From Chiloscyllium plagiosum (Eukaryota): 46,392 nucleotides of DNA. The position numbers and the translations under genes were made by a program. This document shows positions 24,494 to 36,700 of this stretch, one piece after another (position 1 is the stretch's first letter; each line of letters starts with the position of its first letter). The notes beneath the pieces are model-generated. The model was given only the letters and a program-made list of their open reading frames with translations, made no database searches and was not told the origin of the DNA. The stretch lies in the NCBI RefSeq assembly GCF_004010195.1, contig NC_057759.1, positions 461,903-508,294 on the forward strand. Direction: 5' to 3'.

Positions 24494-24635
24494 GGGAAAC
24501 TAGATGTGGATAAATTTGAGTGAGAAAGAAACGAAACGTGATATAAGGTGCGGGATTGAGCGAATCACACACCCTTTGAATCCTTGTATGCGTAGTGCGT
24601 GTGTGTGTCGCGCACGCGCGCGTGTGCACATGCAT
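24494..24635 (+). promoter_or_regulatory. Putative ISRE plus TATA plus alternating purine-pyrimidine tract
   Basis: AGAAAGAAACGAAACG 24523-38; TATAAG 24542-47; (GT)/(CG) alternation ~24586-24635. Confidence 0.4.
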
Positions 24636-24774
24636 TGTCAAACAAAGCAAACTTCTTTATCTCTCAGCAATAAATGCATGCTCAAATTTAATGTGAAATT
24701 CAATGTTGTTTTTCTCCCACAGCTCCAAGCATGAGACGATTACAACAAGGCCATCACTTAATCGTGGGCATTCC

Positions 24775-24996
24775 ATAAAATCAGAAGTCACACGACTTCT
24801 GGTTATCGTCAAACAAGTTAATTTGAAATCACAAGCTTTCGGACTGCTGCTTCTTCGTCAGGTGAAGTGTAGGTCAAAGATAAAGACGGTTCAATGCATT
24901 GAAAGTTTGTGATTTCAAATGAATCTGCTGAACTCTAATCTGGTGTCATGTGACTTCTGACCTTGTTCATCTCAGTCCAGCACCGGCGCCTCGACA
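24775..24996. mobile_element. Penelope pseudo-LTR-derived inverted-repeat element, related to 1716-1910
   Basis: Arms ~24781-24840 and ~24901-24960. Confidence 0.75.
24829..24865 (-). ncRNA. Minimal type I hammerhead ribozyme-like motif (helix II degraded)
   Basis: TCAC-CTGACGA-A-gaagcagcagtcc-GAAA-GCTT-GTGA. Confidence 0.5.
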
Positions 24997-25089
24997 GTAT
25001 ACCATAATTGCCGAGATTTTGCTTCCAGTGAGACATTATCACTGTCAAGGGTGAACAATGTGGGATGTTGCACGGCGTCATCACGCATA

Positions 25090-25336
25090 AAATCCTCACA
25101 GTGTGGAAGCAGGCCATTCAATCTGTTGTGTTCACATCTCACCCTCTCGCTGCAACCCTGCATTTCACATGGCCAATCCACCTAATCTGGAAAATTTTGG
25201 ACAGTGAGAAGAGTACTCGAAGGAAACCCAAGCAGCCACGGATAGAAGATGCAAACTCCACACAGACAGTGAGTAAAAATTAATTCATTATCGCTGGCTC
25301 TGTGAGGCGTCAGTACTAACCTCTGAGCCACCGTGC
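25090..25336 (-). mobile_element. HE1 SINE, old copy
   Basis: Reverse-complement A box and V core. Confidence 0.85.
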
Positions 25337-25612
25337 TAACACTTTGTTTTCCTGCACACTGTACCCATAAATATTTTGAAGGACTGTTGTACATAAATTA
25401 AATAATGCAGAGTAAAATGTTCTGTTGTAAATAAACTGAATTGTGTGGTTCTTGCAGGCTGTCGACCAGAAGTGTTCAGCCTTCATTTTATGCTGTGGTA
25501 GAATGCCTGCTTTAGACGTGAAAATCCAATGTCTGCCCACTGTTCAACTCAGATTGTTTTCCAATCCACTCTATCGCTTTTATGATACCACGGCTGTCAT
25601 TTTACATTGGAG

Positions 25613-25870
25613 TAGATTAGATTAGATTAGATTAGATTAGATTAGATTCTGTACAGTGTGGAAACAAGCCCTTCGACCCAACAAGTCCACACTGACCCTC
25701 CGAAGAGTAACACACCCAGACCAATTTCCCTCTGAATAATGCACCTAACACTATGGGCAATTTAGCACCGACAATTAACCTGACCTGCACATATTTGGAC
25801 GGTGAGATGAAACCGGAGCACCCGGAGGAAACCCACGCAGACACGGGGACAATTTGCAAATTCCACAGAC
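25613..25870 (-). mobile_element. 5'-truncated HE1 SINE with (ATTAG)n tail
   Basis: V core plus pentamer tail at 25613-25648. Confidence 0.9.
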
Positions 25871-26298
25871 CAGTAGTTTTAGGAACCTGAGCTCTACAGT
25901 TTTTCCCTTCATTGTCTAAATCTTCACAATGTATTTAATGCAGAAAATGAGAGACTCTTCAGCATGGAACAATTCCAGGATGCATGAGGTCAATGAAAGT
26001 ATTCGCAATAAGCCAAATGAAACTGGCTTATTTTCAATGCTTCCGTTAATTGAAAAGCCGTGAAAGCATATTGCTTTATTGTGTTAAAAAAATTGAAAAG
26101 TTCGATTTTCTTCGAGCTTAAAAGTTCTCCAGAAAAGCTAGGTTTTTTTTTAAGGATTTACGTTTGGAGGTTTAAGTGAAGGAAGCCACTAAATGAGGCT
26201 TCTTCAAATGGAATAAATTTCTCTTATAAGGCAGCATTCAACACCTGAATTCAAAATACACCCAAGCTATTTGTATGCAGTTCCAAAGTTAGAATTAC

Positions 26299-26581
26299 CA
26301 AAGGTCCTTTGATTTTCTTGGCCTTTGTTCAGCTATCTGAAAACTCAGAAACTCATTTTGTGGACAAATCACTGCCGTGTATTTGTCATAAGACTCTGTT
26401 CTGCATTTTGGCTGTATTCCATTTCCTTTAAGCTCTAATTTAGCATTTGCATGAGCCACGAAAAAGTATTCTTTGACTACAATTAACATAATCAATAGGG
26501 ATCTGCACACATCCCAAGCTGTTGATAGTTGGTCCCATGGTTGTACAAACACAAAATACACAATATCCTGTAGCTCAGACA
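26299..26581 (-). pseudogene. Fully open candidate exon (phase 1 to 2) of the minus-strand gene
   Basis: Acceptor cttttcttccacAG, donor TG|GTAATT; SELQDIVYFVFVQPWDQLSTAWDV...AEQRPRKSKDL; phase matches the exon at 14612. Confidence 0.5.
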
Positions 26582-26766
26582 CTGTGGAAGAAAAGTGCAC
26601 AGGTTATATTTGATATCAAAACGCTACCAATTTTGTTTCGCATTAGATTAAGGAGGTTCTAATATTCTTTCTATCAGTTACTTTATTTTTTACACTCCTC
26701 TCCAACTTCTTCCATTCCCCTTCTATTTGGTACAGAATCTTTGAATTCTTATTGCTATTCAGCTTA

Positions 26767-27111
26767 GAATCCCTACAGTATGGGAACAGGTCCTTCGGCC
26801 TAACAAGTCCGTTCTGACCCTCCGAAGAGTAACTCACTCAGACCCATCTCCTACCCGATTATTCTACATTTACCCCGACCAATGCACTTTTACTACACAT
26901 CCCGGAGTACCAAGGACATCTTAGCAGAGCCAATCCACCTAACCTGCACTTCTTTGGTTTGTGAGAAGAAACTGGAGTACCCAGAGGAAACCCAGACAGA
27001 CACAGTGAGAAGGGGCAAACCCCACACAGATTGTCGGACGAGGCTGTAATTGAACCTGCGTCCCTGGCACTGTGAGGCAGCAGTGCTGGACACTGAGCCA
27101 TCATGCCGCCC
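26767..27111 (-). mobile_element. HE1 SINE, full length
   Basis: Reverse complement of gggcggcatgatggctcagtg, B box, V core and tail. Confidence 0.9.
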
Positions 27112-27142
27112 GAAATTTTAAACTGAATGTGACCTGATTAAC

Positions 27143-27302
27143 AGAATTCCTACAGTGTGGAACAGGCCATTTGGCCCAACAAGTCCACACCGACCCTCCA
27201 AATGGTAACCCACTCAGAGCTATTCCCTACATTATTATCCTCTCTTTACCTCTGACTAATTCACCTAACCTACACATCCCTGAACACTATGGACAACTTA
27301 AC
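27143..27302 (-). mobile_element. HE1 SINE 3' fragment
   Basis: tacagtgtggaacaggcc..caacaagtccacaccgaccctcc. Confidence 0.85.
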
Positions 27303-27648
27303 AAGGTCATATGTGAAAAGTTTTTTAAAAGTTTCCAAACACTCTTTTTCATATTGCACGAGATGAAATTCCAAGAAGCATTGATTACCCATCCACCTGT
27401 CATTTCAATGCAATTTTAATTCTGTGCACATCTTTTCTTATTTTCTTGCAATTGCAACATTACTTTCACACATCTCATGAAAAGAAAAGTCCACTGGTTT
27501 CGGTGCATGATTGACAGATTGAAAAATAGAGTGCAGCTTCTTCCAGCGTTTGTCAACGCGGTTCACACACTCCGTGAGAGAGAGAGAGGCGCTTGAAGAG
27601 GCTGCTAGCTTTCGGACTGACTCTTTTCTGGGAAGAATCCACACTTAT

Positions 27649-27752
27649 CTCTTCATGACGCGGGTGTTATATGTAAACATTAGCAGGATTCTTCAGTTAC
27701 GGCAAAACAGTGGGTTAAGAAACTCAGATAATGAGTTTTGTGCATTTCAATC
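27649..27752 (-). pseudogene. Possible upstream decayed exon of the minus-strand gene
   Basis: Acceptor ttgtgtcAG; donor reads AG|ATAAGT (GT presumed mutated); IEMHKTHYLSFLTHCFAVTEESC*CLHITPAS*R ends in phase 1, matching 26581. Confidence 0.3.
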
Positions 27753-28539
27753 CTGACACAAATTCAGTGGGAAGCATTGTCAGATTGTATAACGTTTCAG
27801 TGCATCACTTGATTCGTGTTTCAATAAAGTTGTATTCTGTAATCTATTTAGAGCATGTTTTTACACAAGGCTTAAAAATGAACGTTTGTGATTCGAACGT
27901 TTTTAACTTATAAACGTTGCTGAGAGTAACTGGATTCTTTGCACTTTGATCAACAATTTCTTTTGTATTTAGTAACTAATGTTTTACCTATAGTGGATAA
28001 ATATATGACGGTATAAAATGAATCATGTACATTAAACCAGGGCCCAGCTCGGCAGTTTGTGCTAATGAAATGGGTACAATACTGATGGATGTGCACTTCA
28101 TTGTGAAAAATGCTGTTAGAAATTTAAGCAGTAAATGTCGTGTCTATCTGTCTATATTCACATGCGTCATTTCTTCAGTTGGACTCCATCTTACTTGATT
28201 TTAAAAATTAAAAAAAAGTTGCTGATGTTTCTTTTCTGTGCCAGGAGTTAAATAAAAATTTGTTGAAGCTGATATTTATGAAAACACAGATGTTTCAGAT
28301 ATCTTTGCTGGGCATGTTTGCTTCGATGAGGCTTGACTCAGCCATCATTAATCTTCAATCCCTTCCCGACACAAGGATGGCTGGAGTCTATTCGAACACA
28401 GTCCTTTTTCATAACCATTACATTAATTCAGAGAAGAAGTCTTTTGAGCTGACAATTCTATAAATTGTGCATTTCAGAGTAGAGTTTTATAGTTAGGGAA
28501 GGAAAACGTTTGAGTTATTTTCTAAGAAAGAAAAGAAAC

Positions 28540-30070
28540 AGGAATTGCTGCTTTTGCAAGAGAGGAATGTAGGAAGGGTAGTGGGCCTTTCATCCCCTTC
28601 AACCTGTCATCCCATTGAATATGAATACAGCTGATCAAGCACGTCACTGCATTTTACTCCATTCCCACAACACACTTAACGATTGGTAATCAGAAAACTA
28701 TGAGTCTATACCTTAAACATACGCAGTGATAGAGTGACATAGACCCCTCCTCCCCCCCCCCCCCCAACCAGGTACAGAATTCTAAACGATTGTAATCCAT
28801 TGAGCAAACCAAAACAAACCCTCATCTTGGACCGAACTCCTACTTATTTTAAAATTCTGCCGGTTATAGTCTCCCCCAACCGGTAAATAGTAAACTGATG
28901 TATCATGTATCTCCTTTCAAGGGTTATGTTATTGTACTTGCAATGATCATCGCACATCCATCAATTCCCTTGGTTAATACAGTCCCAATTTTCCCACGAG
29001 GATATTGCCCCAAGTCTGGGGATTCATAAAATCTGGTGAATCTTCGTAGCCTTCTCTGCACAGACATAACATCTTTCTTGAGATATGCAGACGAAAACTG
29101 CACATAGAAGAGCAAAATTGCATTGTGCATAGAAATTGGCTGTAAATATATCCATAAATATGTGAGAACAAGTAGTTTATAAAGATAAATGGAGGTCCAG
29201 TGCTGCCAGAATCGAAGTCAACATATATGGGGGAATAAAGAAATGGCAGTATATCTTTTCAAATGTTTTGCTTCTGTCTTCATAAAAGAAGAAGTAAGTG
29301 TGCGGAAATGTTAAATAACTAAGGGTGGAGAGGGCTGGAAAAGTGAAAAAAAAATCATTATTAGGAAGGATTTGGTGCTGAGTAACTAATAGCGGTAATG
29401 GTGGACAAACACTAGGACCTGACCATCGACATCCCAGAGTGGGGAATGAAGTGATCTTGGAAACATTAGATGCATTGATGATCATCTTCCAAAATTCTTC
29501 AGACTATGCAGCATTTCGCACAGAGTGCTACTCTCTTTACTTTTACAAAAACACAGACGGTTTATGTATTTTTATGTTTATTAAAATTTTGCTTTCACAA
29601 TCATATATTTTTTTTATCACCATCTCAGCGTTCCTGAAATATTTTCAGCTCTCTGATCTACCTCTACAATTTGTGGCTTTGTCCACTTGCATTTTTGAAT
29701 TGAGCAGCACTCCTTAATCCCCGTTTTCAACCATAAGTGATTCTGCTTTTTTTTGAGTTCTGCATTTTGACGTGAATCCTTTTATTTTCAAGAATGGCTT
29801 TGAACTACTGAATCCAAGTTGGCCACTGCTTATCCATGGAGATTCTCCTTAGGCTCATTTCATTGCCTCCCAGTCCTTGCCTTGTGTTAACTTCAGGACA
29901 CCATTTTGAGGAGTTGAATTGTTCTACTAGAAACGTAACTTGAACCCTCAGCATACTTGGATCAGTACTCCCTAGTGAATTGTTAGCTGTGTCATCGATT
30001 ATTCATCCAGCCTTTTTGTATGTGCATATGTCGAAAATAACCTCTTTCAGTTTATGTTATCAAATAGTCC
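28540..30070. mobile_element. Old CR1 fragments in mixed orientation (- 28540-29160, + 29180-29520, - 29540-30070)
   Basis: Degraded ORF2 motifs, e.g. 'GPDHRHPR..ILETLDALMIIFQNS'. Confidence 0.65.
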
Positions 30071-31464
30071 CCAATGCAGTCCACAATGTCATCTTTCTAT
30101 TTAATTAACTCAGTTGGCAGGATGGATAGTTTGCAATGCATCTTTCTAAAACGTTTTAGCCTTTACCTTCTATCTATGCCCCCAGTCATTATTCCTTCCA
30201 TCAAGGCTCGAGGGGCTGAATGGCCTACTCTTATTCCTATGTCCAATTTATTCTGCTTCCTAATATCCAACATCTGAAACCAAATCCAAAGGTCTTCCTG
30301 ATTTTATTACAGATGCTAGAATGTGTCGCTCTTCCAGACATAGACAAATTTAAGTACACGTTTTTAATATCATTGTATTACATGATATTAACATATACAT
30401 AAACCTATAACATAAACCTCTTCCAGTTAAATGTAGTGAAACATAAAATATTGTGTGATAAGAGAAAAAGAAATGGTAAATAGGAAAAGGGTACAAGTGG
30501 AATAGAAAAGGCAGACAGCAGGCTGATTACAAACAGTCAGTGAGAGGGTGCAGTGTGAAAGGAGATCACCAATCGAGGTTAAAGCAAGGCCAATTGGTTA
30601 GAATGAAATCGAAACGGGCAATTTTCTGATCAAGTGAATATTAAAAAAGCATGCAGAGGGACATTTGCAATGTCAAAACATACGAGGTTATGGGCCAAAT
30701 GCCGGGAAAATGTGATCAGATCAGGTTGATCATTGTTTATTTGTGCGTTTTCGATTTGTGTGACTCTATGAGAAGAGAGTGCACAAATACAGGACGTAGA
30801 TACACTATTTTATTGTTGTACAACTGGAATTTGCACCACAGGAATCAGTCATTAACCTGCCATGCAATAAAAAGGGTTAGTGTCAGGAATCAAAAGGATT
30901 CAACAGATAGTTCCATCACTCACATTTTAAAAAAATGAAAAGAATCTACTTTCACAAATTTAATTGCACCGAATCATAGAGATCGACAGTCCCACAGGAA
31001 AAAGGCTATTCAGCCCATTGCGTCTGCATCAGAGGAAAACCACCCACTGAAATTACATAGATCTCTCTGCCTGTCTGTGACTTGACTGGTGCATTCATTA
31101 AAATCAGCTGATTTTTGGAGCCTTTCTACATTCCATTGAAATAACAGCATCAGTCCCTCTTTATTTCAACAGTGAATGAAAATAAGATTCCCACTCACTT
31201 ATTCCAAGAAGAACTATGGTGAGAAATGTGTTTCTCTGAGGACAGTGAAATAAGTCGAATACTCTTTGCCTTGTATTGTATTTGCTTTGTCTTCTGCTGA
31301 CTTGTCTCAATGGTTTTAATTGTTTGAAGTCATGGCGGAATAGTAGGAGCTAGGTGAACATGGAATACAGAACATAAAGGGAAAACCAAAATCATTAGTA
31401 ATGTAAACGCTGTGTTAAAATTAGAGTGGCAAAAATCACAATATAGCTGCCATCCCTCACCACT

Positions 31465-32150
31465 TAATACACAGAACAGTACAGCACAAGAAGAGCCCCT
31501 TTGACCCACCATGTCTGTACACAACCATGATGCCATGCTATACTAATCCCATCGGCCTAGAAACAGTCTGTAAGCCTCTATTCCTTGCATGTTCATGTGT
31601 CTGCCAAAAATGCCTCTTAAATATTGCTCTTATATGTTCTTCTGCCGTATCCCTTGCCAGCGTACTCCAGACTCCTACCATTCCTTTGTATAAAGTATGT
31701 GCTGGTAAATATCAGTTAAATATTGTTTAGGCCACACAGCGAAATTATTTTATGCAGTTCTAGAATACACATTCCAAAATGGAGGCAAAACTACTGGGAG
31801 AGGATGCGGGTGTGATTTTCGAAATATTAAATTAGGGCTGCAATGGTTCAGTGATGGAGAAATATTGGATAGACAGAGTTTGTTTTGCTTTAAGCAGAGG
31901 AGATGGAGGGGGTCAGTGAGACATGATTGAGATATATAAGAAAATAAAGGAAAAACAAACTAAAGGATTGCTGCTGATGAAGTGAGAGGGTGATAAATGC
32001 CAGGTCAGGTGTCAAAGAGAAGGGCGAATGGATAGTAATCGTGTTAGGTGCATTCCATACAAACTGCCAGGAGTGTCGGACCAGCCAGGATCCCATTGAA
32101 TGGATGAGCAAGCTCGGAGCCAAACGGCCTCATTTTGTTCATATTTCTGA
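31465..32150. mobile_element. Old CR1 3' fragments
   Basis: acagtacagcacaagaagagccc tail on the minus strand; degraded + strand ORF2 C-terminus. Confidence 0.6.
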
Positions 32151-32349
32151 TGGGCTTGAAATGAGAGCTGGAAGAGATGGTTGACAGGGATCTCGGTCGA
32201 GAATAACTAACACGGCAGAGTTTGTCACTACTGACGGCTGGACATGCCTCAGAGGAAAAAAAAACGAAACTGTTGCCCCTGGACATTGCTCAGTGGTCAC
32301 TCATTCAAAATATACACTCGATTGATAGTGGGCAATGAAAAAGGCTATC

Positions 32350-33190
32350 TATGACTGCAATGAGATGTTGATCAGCTGGGCCAATGGACTGAGGAGCGGC
32401 AGGTGGTGTTTACTTCAGATAAACGCAAGGTAAGACATTTTGGTAAGACAAACCAGGCAGAACTAACACTGTTAATAGCTGGACGCTAGGGAATGTTGTC
32501 GAACAGATAGACGAAGGGTCTCAGCTGCACAGTTTCTGGCAAGTGGTAGACAGGGTGATAAAGAAGGCATTTGGCACATCTTTGTCAGAGATATGAATAC
32601 AGGAGTCGGGATTTCACTTTTCTCCTGCACAAGGCATTAGTCAGGCCACTTTTATAATACTGTGTACAATTACGGTCTCATGCTAAAGGAAATATGTTGT
32701 TCAACTTGAACGGGTGAAAAAAAGTATTTACAAGAATGTTACCAAAAAGGAGAGTTTGAGTAGTAAAGAGAGACTGGATATTCTCGGGCGTTCTTTGCTG
32801 GAGCGTCAAATGCTGAGGGATTGAAATTACAGAGGTCCCCATATAAAATCACTGGAGGCATAAGCAAGGAGAATAGACAAGGTCTTTTCCTCAGGGTCGG
32901 AGAGTCCAAAATTAGATGGTGCAGTTTAAGTTGAGAGGATAAAGATTTAAAAGAAAACTGAGTGGCAAATGCTCCACTAAACATGTGGTGTGTATATAGA
33001 ACGAGAGGAAGTGGTAGAGGTGAGTACAATTACAGTTAAAAGACATTGGGACAGCTCCGTGGAAAGCAAACATTGGGAGGGATTTGGTCAAACGCAGGTA
33101 AATGGGAATAGTTCAGTTTAGGAAACTTGGTTGGAATGGATGGGTTGGGCCGAAGGGCCTGTTTCTGTGCTGTATGACTCTATGACTTTA
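32350..33190 (+). mobile_element. CR1/HER1 LINE 3' fragment
   Basis: DQLGQW..FGKTNQ..YCVQL; gggccgaagggcctgtttctgtgctgtatgactctatga tail. Confidence 0.9.
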
Positions 33191-33799
33191 TGTGCGATTC
33201 TTCTCAGCTTTGAACCATTTCACTTTTCGTTTGCAGATGCAAGTCTTTGGCGGCTCAGGGGAGAACCAAATAAGCAACCATCAGAGATCGGATGCAAAAG
33301 TTGAATCGCCTCGATACTCGGAGTAATTAATCTCTACTTGAGTTTCTACAGTGCCCCCATCCGCTACCATTCTCTCACACTCTGTCATTATAGGAACTCT
33401 GTAGCTTCTTGCTAGGCCTAAAAGGGGAGCTCTCACTACCTGTTGGAGATTGATCATTTCTAGAATGGTACAGCAAAATCAAAATACCGTTATCAGTTCC
33501 ATCTCAATTCAGTTTGATTCAGTCTTCAATTTATGAATTGACCCTTATTTTCTGCAATGACACCAAGTCGCTGACACCATAAATCAATACATTAATAGCC
33601 CATGCCTCAAAGACTTTCCAATTTTAACATATATATTGTGGAGAAGATCAGGGAGCACAAGATATCGGAACCACTCGGGGGACGCCATCCCAGTATTGAT
33701 AGCATTACAGTTTGAGAGGGAAAAGCAGAAATAAAGATGTAAGGGGATAATAATCGACTAAAGATGACTACAAAGACAGGAGAGCCTAGAATTGGATTG

Positions 33800-36700
33800 T
33801 ACAAAAAAACAAAGAACAAAGAAAATGTACAGCCCAGAACTAGGCCCTTCGGCCCATCAAGACTGAGCCAATCCAAATCCATTGTCTAAACGTATCACCA
33901 AATTACTAAGCATCTGTATCCCTCTAGTCGCACCTATTCATGCATCTGTCCAGATGTACCATAAATGAATCTACCGTGCCTGCCTCTACTACCTCTGTTG
34001 GCAACACGTTCCTGGCACCTAGCACCTTCTCTGTCAAGTACTTGCCACGTATATCCCCCTTCAACATTTCTCCTCTCATCTTGAAAATGTGACTTCTATT
34101 TATTGAGTCCCCCACTCTCGGAAGAAGCTTATCTCTATCTACCCTGTCTATACCCTTCAGTCAGACCCCCCTTTGATCTCCTTTTTTTGGATATGAAAAC
34201 AATCCTAACCTACTCAACCTCTCTTCATACCAGGCAACTTCCATACCAGGCAACATCCTCGTAAACCTTCTCTGCACCCTCTCCAAAGCATCCACATCCT
34301 TTCGTAATGCGGCGACCAGAACTGTAGACAATATTCTAAATGCACCCGAACGAAAGTCCTTTACAATTTTAGCACGAGCTGCCAGCTTTTATACTTAATA
34401 ACCCGTCTGACGAAGACAAGGATACCATATGCCTTCTTGACTACTCCATCCACCTGTGCAGCCACCTTGAGGATATAATGTACCTGAACTCCCAGATCCC
34501 TCTGCTCATCAAGTTTTCCCAAGGCTCCTCTGTTTACAGCACAGTTCATTCGCGAATTAGACTTCCTAAAATGGATCGCCTCACATTTGCCTGGATTGAA
34601 CACCATCTGCCACTCCTCCGTCAAACTCTCCAATCTATCTATATTCTCCTGTAATCTTTGACAGTCGCATATGCTTTCTGCTACGTCACCAGTCTTCGTG
34701 TCATCTGGAAACTTACTGATCACACCAACTTCCAGATCACTGATGTATATTTGGCAAGGGGGTGGAAACCAGAGCTACATTTCTGAGAGGTGGGTAGTTG
34801 TAGTTGGGGCAGTGACTGGATGTAGTGAATCTATCGGGAAGGATTTTCACGTGATGAAACAAAGAGATCATTGAAAGTTTGTCTGGTTTATGTCTGACAT
34901 TCTGACAAGGAATGTCAGAAATGACAGTGATTAACTTTGAGCATGGATCAGTACTTGGGACTATGATGTTGTAGCCATAACGGAGACATGGGTTTCACGG
35001 GAGTAGGAATGGTTGCGAGGTGTTCCATGGTTTAGAACTTTTAAAAAGAACAGGGAGGGCGGAAAAAGAGGAGGGGATGTAGCATTGCTAACCAGAGAGT
35101 GCACCATAGCTACAGAAACTAAAGTTGTTGAGAAAGGTTTGTCTACTGAGTCAGTATAGGTAGAAGTTAGGAACAACAAGGGAGCAGCCACTTCATTGGG
35201 GGATTTCTACAGACCCCCTAGTTTCAGTAGGGAGATTGAAGAACTCATAGGCCCGCAGATTTTGGAAAAAATGCAGATGTACCAGGGTTGTCGTTATGGG
35301 TGACTTCAACTTTACGAATATTGTCTGGCACCTCCTTAGTGCAGATGGTTTGGATGGAACCGTTTTTGTCAGGTATGTTCAGGAGCGTTTCCTTACTCAG
35401 TGTGTAGACAAGCCGACGAGGGGAGAGGCTACTTTGGATTTGGTGCTCGGCAATGAGCTAGGACAGGTGTCAGATCTCGCAGTGGGATGAAGCTTTGGTG
35501 ACAGTGACCACAACTGCCTCACCATAACCTTGGAGAGGGGAAGGAGCAGTTACCAAAGGAAGATATTAAATTGGGGAAAAGGAAATTATATAGCTATCAG
35601 ACAGGATTTGGGAAGTACAGATTGGGAGCAATTGTTCCACAAAAAGGGCACAACAGATATGTGGAGACTGTTTAAGGAGCAGTTATTGTGAGTGATGCAC
35701 AAAATTGTTCCTCTGAGACAGGCAAGAAGAGGTAATATTAAGAAGCCTTAGATGACCAGAACAGAAGAGCTTGTCGTGAAAAAGAAATTTGCAACTTACG
35801 TAAGGTGGTGGACCTAGCACAGCTTTAGAAGATTACAGGATTACTAGAAAGGAGCTCAGCAGTAGACTGAGGAGAGGCAGGATGGGCCACAAAAAAGGCT
35901 TGGCAGAAAGGATTAGGGAGATTAGGATTAGGCATTTTACTCATACGTGAGGAATAAGAGAATGATCCGGGAGAACGTAGGATCGGTCACAGATAGTTTT
36001 TGGAACGTGTGCATGGAGTCTGAGTAAATAGAGGAAGTCTTAAATGTGTATTTTGCTTCGGTTTTCACGAAGGAAAGGGACCTTGTCGTGAATGAGAACT
36101 TTAAGGAGCTGGGAAACAGGCTTGATCAGATCAAGATAGATGAAGTTTATGTGCTAGAAACATTGGCAAACATTAAGATTGAAAAGTCCCCAGTGCCAGA
36201 CCAGATTTATCATAGGCTGCTCCGGGAAGGAAGAAAGGAGGTTGCTCAGCTGCTGATGAAAATTTTGCTTCCTCTCTCTCCACGGGAGTTGTACTGGAGG
36301 AATGTTGTTCCTGTTTTCAAGAAGGGCAGCAGGGAAATCCCTGGCAATTACAGACCAGTCTTACGTCTATGGTCAGCAAGAGTTTGGAAAGAATTCTGAG
36401 GGATAGGATTTATGACTATTTGGAAAAGCATGGCATGATTAAAGCATGGTTTTGTCAGGGGCAGATCATGCCTCACAAATTTTATTGAGTTCTTTGAGGA
36501 GGTGACGGATCAGGTCGACGAAGGTGGATGTGGTGTGTTTGGACTTCAGCAAGGCATTTGATAAGGTTCCCCATGGTAGGCTCATTCACAAAGTCAGGAG
36601 GTATGGGATACAGGAAGATTTGGCTGGTTGGATTCAGAATTCGTTGGCTGACAAAAGGCAGAGAGTGGTTGCAGATGGCAAGTTTCTGCCTATAGGCCAG

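Noticed and set aside
25613..25648. Telomeric repeat
   Set aside because: (ATTAG)n is the HE1 tail, not TTAGGG
28260..28460. Additional minus-strand exon (NCQLKRLLL*INVMVMKKDCVRI...)
   Set aside because: Weak acceptor and no clear donor; cannot be supported without homology
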